Of a stretch of 64,000 nucleotides of DNA, positions 10,704-18,254 are shown one piece after another. The notes below the pieces were generated by a model that saw only the letters and a list, made by a program, of their open reading frames with translations, did no database searches and was not told where the DNA came from. The first letter of the stretch is position 1. Every line of letters starts with the position of its first letter. The DNA comes from Bdellovibrionota bacterium. GTDB lineage: Bacteria; Bdellovibrionota_C; UBA2361; JAAYZI01. The stretch lies in the NCBI GenBank assembly GCA_050950765.1, contig JBMNIF010000002.1, forward strand, positions 160,001 through 224,000, written 5' to 3'. The position numbers were made by a program, and so were the translations under genes.

Positions 10704-10849
10704 CGGACAAAAGAGGAACCTCTTACAAAAACCTTCTATAAAGGCTCAATTTCCTCTCATACGGTCTAAGTTATACCAAAAAATATAATTTAGTGCTGTT
10801 ATAAGGGTAATGTATTTATAATATTGTAGAATTTTAAACCTTATGAGGT

Positions 10850-11965
10850 TTATTTTAAGGTCTGATCTTCGATTATGCCTGAACCGACAACAAGGTCTTC
10901 TTTATATAAAACAGCCACCTGACCTGGAGTCACTGCCAACTGCGGCTCTTTAAAATGTACCTTAGCTATTGTTTCACCCCTTTCAAGGTAAACAGTCGCT
11001 GCTGCCGGTTTCGCTGTTTGTCTGATTTTTACAGAGACCTCCAACGGTTCCGTCGGCAGATCATCTAACCCAATCCAATTTAAATCCGAGATATAACACC
11101 CTTCAGCGAAGAGCTCTTCCTTAGATCCAACAGTAAGCACATTATTTTTAATATCGATCCCCGTGACATATAAGGGCTTACCACCTCCTCCTAATCCGAC
11201 CCCTCTCCGTTGTCCGATAGTATAATTGATCAATCCCTTATGTTCACCGATAACCTCTCCCACTGAATTTTTAATCTTCCCTGCAACACCATCTTCCGGA
11301 TTAAATAAGATGGAATAGCTATCAGCCGCAATAAAGTCCTGACTCTCACGTTGAGTGACCAGCTCTTGCCACCCTATCTCGAGAGCTATCTTTTTCACCT
11401 CTTGTTTTGTTAATTCACCTAACGGAAATAAGAGATCTTTTAATTGATCTTGTTTTAAGCGCGAAAGAAAATACGATTGATCTTTTGTGGTATCAGTAGC
11501 CTTCATTAAAGAGATACGTCCTGTCGCTCTCTTCAGCAAGCGATTGTAATGCCCCGTTGCAAAGAGATCAAAAGAGATTCCGAACTCTCTCGCCTTACTT
11601 AACATAAAGCCAAACTTTAAAATCTGATTACAACGCACACAAGGATTAGGAGTTCTTCCTTTTAAATATTCACTTTTAAAATAATCCAAAACTTCACGCC
11701 GATATTCATCAACTAACGGAATAACGTGATGCTCAATCTTTAATTGTTGCGCTATGCGGCGTGCAGCAGCAATCCCTTCAAAAGCAGCAGGGCCGTAACA
11801 TCCTGTCTTTTTTTCAGAAAGTCCAACACCGTCTCCATTATAGATCTGCATCGTAGCGCCAATGACATGATAACCTTGCCGCTGCAAGATATACGCTGCA
11901 ACAGAAGAATCAACGCCGCCACTCATCCCTAGTAAGACTCTCTCCTTATTAACCATAACGCTCAA
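10850..11965 (-). CDS. mnmA: tRNA-specific 2-thiouridylase
   Basis: GMSGGVDSS, GRTPNPCVRCN, ATGHY, KDQSYFL, YTIGQRRG and AVTPGQ motifs. Confidence 0.97.
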   Translation of the reverse strand: MSVMVNKERVLLGMSGGVDSSVAAYILQRQGYHVIGATMQIYNGDGVGLSEKKTGCYGPAAFEGIAAARRIAQQLKIEHHVIPLVDEYRREVLDYFKSEYLKGRTPNPCVRCNQILKFGFMLSKAREFGISFDLFATGHYNRLLKRATGRISLMKATDTTKDQSYFLSRLKQDQLKDLLFPLGELTKQEVKKIALEIGWQELVTQRESQDFIAADSYSILFNPEDGVAGKIKNSVGEVIGEHKGLINYTIGQRRGVGLGGGGKPLYVTGIDIKNNVLTVGSKEELFAEGCYISDLNWIGLDDLPTEPLEVSVKIRQTAKPAAATVYLERGETIAKVHFKEPQLAVTPGQVAVLYKEDLVVGSGIIEDQTLK

Positions 11966-12288
11966 ATTAACACCCTTTATTAGGAAAAAACAGACGGGAA
12001 AGATCGAATCAAGGCGGTGAGTGTTATTAAAAACACTTCCCTCTTTTAAAAACTTAAGTATTTGCCCTTAAAGCACTTTTTTCTTGTCATTCCCCGTTTT
12101 AAAGGCGTTGTAACCCTTATAATAGTAGTCAGCAACAGCAGCACAAACCGTTATCTACTAATTTTCAATTTTCTCATTTTTTAGATCAGTAAGTAGGAAA
12201 CTTTTTTAAAAAGATAGCGACCTCTATAAATCAGAGCAGGCACACCTCTGAATAATTTTTTATGACTATATTTTTATCCGGAGTTTTT

Positions 12289-12828
12289 ATGAATATTGAT
12301 GATTGTATAAACATGGCGAAGATCTTCTTAAAGTTTCAAAAAGATCCTTTTAAGGTGGGAGTTGATCAACTTAATTTTGTTGATGATCTGGTTGATATGG
12401 GAGAATCGCCTGATGAGATCTCATTTGATGTAAAGAGAGCGATCGCCTTTAATTCCTTCCTCTTTTTTGGATGGTTACTAGATCACGGACACGGGGAGGC
12501 TACGGAAACTTTTACCCAGTTGTTAGATGCCTTTTTTAATTATGTTTATCTAAACAACACTGAAGAACATAAACGCCTTAAGGTCAGCAACGTAACAAAA
12601 AAACAGTTAGAAAAATTCTTCAACTTGGTCGAATTCGGGGTTTCTCAAGAGTTATGGGATAAGGGCATCAACCCTTTTGATGGAATGTTATTACTTTATC
12701 AATATCTGGAAGAATCAGGTTACAAAAACGCCAACTTAGAACGACGTCGGCGCGCCATCACAGAATTGCGCAAATCTGCGACAAAAAAACCGCTCCCTCT
12801 TAATGTCGGCTACACTATGATTCACTAA
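12289..12828 (+). CDS. hypothetical protein
   Basis: Clean ORF; GGAG RBS before ATG 12289; no recognised motif. Confidence 0.7.
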   Translation: MNIDDCINMAKIFLKFQKDPFKVGVDQLNFVDDLVDMGESPDEISFDVKRAIAFNSFLFFGWLLDHGHGEATETFTQLLDAFFNYVYLNNTEEHKRLKVSNVTKKQLEKFFNLVEFGVSQELWDKGINPFDGMLLLYQYLEESGYKNANLERRRRAITELRKSATKKPLPLNVGYTMIH

Positions 12829-12889
12829 AGAGGTGTTTTGTTCGTTTTGTATCACAACACGATACAAAACGAACATTTTTAGAAGGTTT

Positions 12890-13255
12890 TTAGTTTCTCC
12901 AAAAGCCGTGCAGGTTGCAATAAGCGTAAACTGCCTCAACCTCATCTCCGTCACACAACATAAACTCCGCTTTCGGCACACCATTCTTCAATTCTTTTCT
13001 CTGTCTGCCTTCTTTTGTTTCAATAGCGATCCACCCTATATAGTGATCGGCAGTCATCGGATGATCTTCAGAACCCACAACTACGCTGACTTTATTTCCT
13101 GAAACAGACAAAACAGGCACGTGTTTTTCCGTAGAAGCATCTTCTGTATTTACCGTAAGCTCCTGCATCTTTTCTCCACAACAAACGACAGGTACGCCCT
13201 TGTTTTCAATATAAACAATCATGTTACCGCAGTGGCGGCACTTAAAAATTTTCAT
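12890..13255 (-). CDS. dfx: desulfoferrodoxin / superoxide reductase
   Basis: CxxCGN...CCG desulforedoxin domain plus EKHVP, HPM..HYI.WI and CNLHG; RBS AAGGAG before ATG 13255. Confidence 0.95.
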   Translation of the reverse strand: MKIFKCRHCGNMIVYIENKGVPVVCCGEKMQELTVNTEDASTEKHVPVLSVSGNKVSVVVGSEDHPMTADHYIGWIAIETKEGRQRKELKNGVPKAEFMLCDGDEVEAVYAYCNLHGFWRN

Positions 13256-13419
13256 AATACGTCTCCTTAACTGATTAAGATAAAGATTCTCATCCACTCC
13301 ATTAGAGTGTTGCAGTATCAGTTATTTTTTTAAGATTCACAAGTAGGAGAGCGTATTTCCAAGAAAAGGTTATTTATAGGGATTTCTTACCCTAAAATCT
13401 TTTGACACACACCACTAAC

Positions 13420-13608
13420 TTAAGAAACTGTCGGTGCTATTAACCAGAGAAGCCCTAAAACTAGAGCTAGCGCAAGGGATAGCAGTAAAATATTTTTCAA
13501 TTCGAGATACAAAGCCGTGTTATCTCCTCCAAGGTGAGACTGTTCTAAGGACACGCTCTCTCCTTCGGTATCATCTCTCCACTCTATAAAATCTCTCTTT
13601 GCTAACAT
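13420..13608 (-). CDS. small protein with a C-terminal transmembrane helix
   Basis: 62 aa, GAGG RBS, hydrophobic tail, upstream sigma54-like promoter. Confidence 0.55.
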   Translation of the reverse strand: MLAKRDFIEWRDDTEGESVSLEQSHLGGDNTALYLELKNILLLSLALALVLGLLWLIAPTVS

Positions 13609-13669
13609 AGCGAAACCTCATTACTACAGGAGTCTCGGCTATCTCTACACCCCTCTTCAATTATCTATA

Positions 13670-13685
13670 TGCATTAGTCATGCCA
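13670..13685 (-). promoter_or_regulatory. sigma54 (-24/-12) promoter candidate
   Basis: Minus strand TGGCATGACTAATGCA: GG-N10-GC, about 60 bp upstream of 13608. Confidence 0.55.
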
Positions 13686-13878
13686 AACCAAATTTTGTTA
13701 TTAAATAACTTTGTTACCAAAAAAATACTCACTTTTTTCTAAGAAAAATTCGTAGTACGCTCTCTAAATACAAGAACGGGGTTAAAGACAGGCTTAACTA
13801 AGTTTCTAAAAAAGTATGTTTTAACCTCAAAGGATATTTTTAAACACTATCTTTCAGTAACATAACGGTGAGTTTCAT

Positions 13879-13905
13879 TAAGAAATTACTTAAAAATGCC
13901 GACTA
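13879..13905 (+). promoter_or_regulatory. sigma28 (FliA) promoter candidate
   Basis: TAAG-N15-GCCGACTA versus consensus TAAA-N15-GCCGATAA, 61 bp before the PIN-PhoH start. Confidence 0.4.
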
Positions 13906-13966
13906 TTCAAACATCTGTTCAGTTCTCCATTGATTTTTAAATCTTACTTAAAGGTGCGACATTGAT

Positions 13967-15301
13967 ATGACTACAAAACAGAAAAAGATCTTCGTTCTGG
14001 ATACTTCAGTTATTATTTATGATCATGAAGCCATTCAACACTTCGAAGATAGTGATGTTGCTATCCCATTAACAGTTTTAGAAGAGCTGGATAACTTTAA
14101 AAAAGGCAATGACACCAAAAACTTCAGTGCTAGAGAGTTTATTCGATATATCGACGAGATATCTCAAGAGCATATGCTTCAAGACTGGGTGCCGATTAAT
14201 GGCAAATCAAAAGGAAAGTTTAAAGTACTTCATAAAATACACGTCAAGAATCAACTTAATGCTGATATGTTTTTTGAAGAGAACAAGCCTGATCATAGGA
14301 TCTTAAATTCGGCTTTGGCTCTACAAGCAGAAGAGCCAAACAAAAAAGTTATTCTAGTTAGTAAAGACGTGGCGCTAAGGCTAAAGGCAAAAGCTCTAAA
14401 TCTTCATGCAGAAGATTACGAAGTCGGAAAGATCCCTGATATCAACCTCCTTTACACTGGGAAATCTATAATTGAAGAGTTCTCAAGTGAAACCATAGAT
14501 CAGTTGTACGAACAGGGCTTCGTCTCCGCTTCTGAAATACCGCCGGAGTATAGGATTGCTAATCACTACCTCCTTTTGCGTAACGGTAAAAAATCGGCGC
14601 TGGCGTTTTTCAATAGTGATGAAGGGATTGTAGAGCGGGTAAAAAAACAACCTGTCTGCCGCATTGAAGCGCGCAATGCGGAACAGATCTTTGCTATTCA
14701 CGCCTTATTAAGACCGGAGATTAAATTAGTCACCCTGCAGGGCATGGCAGGCACCGGCAAAACTTTAATTGCCCTAGCTGGTGCTTTGGAGCAACGCAGT
14801 AATTTTAAGCAAGTTTTTGTAGCGCGTCCGATTGTGCCGCTAAGTAACAAAGACTTAGGCTTTTTACCAGGTGATGTAAATTCAAAATTAAACCCGTATA
14901 TGGAACCGCTTTGGGATAATTTAAAATTCATAAAGAGTCAATACGGTGATAATGAAAAAGAGCAGCGCAAACTTAGTGAATTGGTGGACAATGAAAAGAT
15001 CGCTATTGCACCGCTAGCGTATATCAGGGGACGGAGTTTATCTAACCTGATATTTATCATTGACGAAGCGCAAAATCTCTCTCCGCATGAAGTGAGAACT
15101 GTTATTACTCGTGCCGGTGAAAACACCAAACTAATCTTCACCGGTGATATAAAGCAGATCGACACGCCGTATCTTGATGCACAAAGTAACGGTCTCTCTT
15201 ACTTAATTGACAGGTTAAAAGGGAACAAACTTTTCGCCCATATAACATTAGAAAAAGGAGAACGCTCGGAGTTAGCAAACTTAGCAAATGAATTGCTATA
15301 A
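13967..15301 (+). CDS. PIN-domain PhoH family ATPase (PhoH2/YlaK type)
   Basis: PIN motifs FVLDTSV, EELD, DHRIL and SKD; PhoH motifs GMAGTGKT, LGFLPG, IRGRSL, IIDEAQN and GDIKQID. Confidence 0.93.
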   Translation: MTTKQKKIFVLDTSVIIYDHEAIQHFEDSDVAIPLTVLEELDNFKKGNDTKNFSAREFIRYIDEISQEHMLQDWVPINGKSKGKFKVLHKIHVKNQLNADMFFEENKPDHRILNSALALQAEEPNKKVILVSKDVALRLKAKALNLHAEDYEVGKIPDINLLYTGKSIIEEFSSETIDQLYEQGFVSASEIPPEYRIANHYLLLRNGKKSALAFFNSDEGIVERVKKQPVCRIEARNAEQIFAIHALLRPEIKLVTLQGMAGTGKTLIALAGALEQRSNFKQVFVARPIVPLSNKDLGFLPGDVNSKLNPYMEPLWDNLKFIKSQYGDNEKEQRKLSELVDNEKIAIAPLAYIRGRSLSNLIFIIDEAQNLSPHEVRTVITRAGENTKLIFTGDIKQIDTPYLDAQSNGLSYLIDRLKGNKLFAHITLEKGERSELANLANELL

Positions 15302-15498
15302 ACGTTCCTTTTTTGCGTTTGCCTTCTCTCTGATCTGGATGCGCTTATCCTCTCTCTGACATGGGGAAAGTGTGCTTTTAAAAAAGCTTCTCCCACCCTT
15401 TAGGAACGAAAGTCGGCGAAGTCTAAAGAGCTCCTTTATCCCTGTATTTTTTTAAAAACATCAAAACAGTGTGCGCATAGCTACCTCTAAAACTCCTT

Positions 15499-15634
15499 TT
15501 ATCTTCGTATTTTTTGAAAAGCTTTTAGTGCAGTATTCAGATTATTTATTATCTCTTTCTGTCAATACTTCTGGTTTAGGCAAGTTATCTAAATCTGCCA
15601 AGCTTTCATCTTTAATCCAAGTTATATCGAATTG
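15499..15634 (-). pseudogene. hsdM: relic C-terminus of a type I restriction-modification methyltransferase subunit (HsdM)
   Basis: Manual translation QFDITWIKDESLADLDNLPKPEVLTE, then after a +1 frameshift EIINNLNTALKAFQKIRR*. Resembles the HsdM tail LDIxWLKDxSLxDxxNLPxPxxLAxEIIxNL. No upstream body present. Confidence 0.75.
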
Positions 15635-15648
15635 CAAAACAATATATG

Positions 15649-16076
15649 GAAAAAGGCTTAAAAAGATCTCTTCTCACTGTGATAAAAAAGAACCTTAGGA
15701 AAGCTTAAGAAAAAACCAGTTGTACCTAAGGATGAAATATTAACGGTATGCAGGCGCGCCTTAGATCAATTTAAATTAGGGGCGGTACATTGTGATGCCG
15801 TTGAGTTTTTTAGTTAGAAGTGACATAAAAATATTCTGAAAAAAAAGCTCCTTTATTTTGAGAAAAAGGCTTAAAAAGATCTCTTCTCACTGTGATAAAA
15901 AAGAACCTTAGGAAAGCTTAAGGAAAAGCTAGTTATACCCAAGAATGAAATATTAACGGTATGCAGGCGCGCCTTAGATCAATTTAAATTAGGGGCGGTG
16001 CATTGTGATGCCGTTGAGTTTTTTAGTTAGAAGTGACATAAAAATATCTTGGAAAAAAGCTTCTTTATTTTGAGAA
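15649..16076. repeat. 213-bp direct tandem duplication (2 near-identical copies)
   Basis: AAAAGGCTTAAAAAGATCTCTTCTC... begins at 15651 and again at 15864; the copies differ by scattered substitutions. Confidence 0.95.
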
Positions 16077-16124
16077 ATTGTATCTCTCTAACTTAAGATA
16101 GGTAAACACAAAGATTAGTTTTAT

Positions 16125-17264
16125 ATGGGATTTCTTGCTGATAATTCACTATCATTAAATGCTATTGAAATAGCTCGCCGCAAAAGGCGATCTGCTGGAT
16201 TGCCACTTTTAGATTTAACCGAAAGTAATCCGACAAAGTGCGGATTGTTTTTCCCGCCTGAGATATTACGTTCGGCAGCAGATCATTACATTGATTCTCG
16301 TGTATATTGTCCAGATCCTAAAGGGCTTGAGACTACTAGAAGTGCGATCGCTACTTATTATGCAAGTAGAACCCCTCCCTTAAATATCTCTGCAGATCAC
16401 ATCATAGTTACTGCCAGCACTTCAGAAGCCTATCGTTTTTTATTTTCCGTTCTGTGCGAACCGTATGATAATTTATTAGCACCTGATATAACCTACCCTC
16501 TCTTTGAATTTTTTGCGGAAGATCAACGTATTGATCTACACAATTACAGACTTATTGAGGCACGCAACTGGGAAATTGAAGTGACATCTATTGATATTGC
16601 TCTCGATAAACGTTCTCGCGCTATTTTATTAGTTTCTCCGCACAACCCGACGGGCAAGATTCAACGTCGTCGCTTATCAGTTTTGGCAGAAACAGAGTTG
16701 CCCATTATAGTGGATGAAGTTTTTGCTGACTTCGTGCATGATGAAGAACCTTGCCCTCCTCTCGGAACGCTATATCAAGACACCCCTGTCTTTCATCTAA
16801 ATGGGATCTCAAAAATGTTTGCTCTGCCAGATTTTAAGATCGGTTGGATCGCCATGGATGATAAAGCCTATCAGATGTTCGGAGAGAAGTTAGAGTTTTT
16901 AAATGACACCTACCTAAACGCCTCTTCTTTGAGTCAAAGCGTTATCCCGAGACTTTTTCAAGAGGGGCATACCTTTCAAAAAGAGATGTTGGCACGTATT
17001 AAAGAGAACGTATCTTTTGTAAAAGGATCATTAGAACGTTTAGGCTTCCCTCCGATAAATAGTAACGGCGGAGGAACATTTTTATTGGTATCTCTACCTG
17101 ATGGACTTGATGAGGAAGAGTTTGTCATAAGATTGATAAATGCAGGGGTATTTCTTCATCCAGGATATTTTTACAATGTAACGGGGAATCATTTAATGAT
17201 CTCTTGCTTACCACCCAAAGAGAAGTTGGAAGAAGGGCTTAGTATTATCAAAAACCATATCTAA
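16125..17264 (+). CDS. PLP-dependent aminotransferase class I/II
   Basis: SPHNPTG, IVDEVF and GISKMFALPDFKIGW (PLP lysine) motifs. Confidence 0.9.
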   Translation: MGFLADNSLSLNAIEIARRKRRSAGLPLLDLTESNPTKCGLFFPPEILRSAADHYIDSRVYCPDPKGLETTRSAIATYYASRTPPLNISADHIIVTASTSEAYRFLFSVLCEPYDNLLAPDITYPLFEFFAEDQRIDLHNYRLIEARNWEIEVTSIDIALDKRSRAILLVSPHNPTGKIQRRRLSVLAETELPIIVDEVFADFVHDEEPCPPLGTLYQDTPVFHLNGISKMFALPDFKIGWIAMDDKAYQMFGEKLEFLNDTYLNASSLSQSVIPRLFQEGHTFQKEMLARIKENVSFVKGSLERLGFPPINSNGGGTFLLVSLPDGLDEEEFVIRLINAGVFLHPGYFYNVTGNHLMISCLPPKEKLEEGLSIIKNHI

Positions 17265-18100
17265 TACTGCAAGAAGGTCAATAATATTAGGATATTAGCA
17301 AAAGTTTAGGATTCAACGAATTTGGTGCCACCCTTCAGGGACGTTAAATTTTGGTGCCACCCACCAGTAGATCTTGACGGGGGTTAAAAATTTGGTGCCA
17401 CCCTTCAGGGACGGCAGGACGGGCTGCAACTGCAAAACGAGTCAGCTAGATTTCTGCGAAGGTTAAAAATTTGGTGCCACCCTTCTTTTTTGCCACTTTG
17501 ACGGCTTGAGTGGGCTTGGATCTGGTGCCACCCTTCTTTTTTGCCGCTTTGACGGCTCAAAAATTTGGTGCCACCCTTCAGGGACGGTTCTGGATCTGGT
17601 GCCACCCACCAGTAAAAAGGGCTTGGATCTGGTGCCACCCTTCAGGGACGGCAGGACGGGCTGCAACTGCAAAACGAGTCAGCTAGATTTCTGCGAAGGT
17701 TAAAAATTTGGTGCCACCCTTCTTTTTTGCCACTTTGACGGCTTGGGCGACTGGTGAATTTGGTGCCACCCTTCAGGGACGGTTGTGGATCTGGTGCCAC
17801 CCACCAGTAAAAAGTGGGTGTCCTAATTGCTATTCTAATAAAATCAGGATGTTAATAAAAGCCTAGTATTTGGCAGTTTTGGTGCCACCCGCTAGGGACG
17901 ATCGAACGGGCTGTAACTGAAAATAGAATCGGTTAGATCTGTACGGGGGTCAAAAATTTGGTGCCACCCACCAGTAAGACGGGATCTGGCAGATTTGGCT
18001 GGGCTTGGATCTGGTGCCACCCTTCTGGGACAACAGGACGGGCTGATACTAAAAAACAGGTCTGCTAGATCTCTATGGAGGTAAAAAGTGGGTGTCCTAA
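17265..18100 (+). repeat. array 3 of the repeat family: 14 perfect GGTGCCACCC cores separated by shuffled modules
   Basis: Cores at 17324, 17353, 17394, 17473, 17524, 17567, 17598, 17631, 17710, 17762, 17793, 17881, 17960 and 18013; spacings 29-88 bp. Confidence 0.97.
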
Positions 18101-18219
18101 ATACGGCTCCACTCGCTAGAAAGACAGAGTGAAGGAATTGGGATATGGTAGAAACTGGCTTGCAGTGTTGCATCCTAATCGAATAGGCTGACTGTTCTGG
18201 AGTAGCAAAACACACAAAA

Positions 18220-18247
18220 TTATTTACAGAGCCTTATTTACAGAGCC
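18220..18247 (+). repeat. 14-bp perfect tandem duplication TTATTTACAGAGCC x2
   Basis: Seen directly at 18220-18233 and 18234-18247, just before the 18255 ATG. Confidence 0.9.
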
Positions 18248-18254
18248 AATTGAA

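Noticed and set aside
12289..12828. Possible integrase core-binding-like domain as the enzyme for the repeat arrays
   Set aside because: Only a vague helical pattern, with no R-H-R-Y or HUH catalytic motifs; no mobilising enzyme can be identified in this window.
17265..18100. CRISPR array interpretation of the core-plus-spacer pattern
   Set aside because: The repeat is only 10-13 bp, intervals vary from 29 to 88 bp and are homologous and reused, and no cas genes are in the window.
17405..18215. ORFs with GWHQI / VAPDP / GGT peptide repeats (also 24534-25245)
   Set aside because: They are translations of the DNA repeat in several overlapping frames, with no RBS and frame not conserved between arrays.
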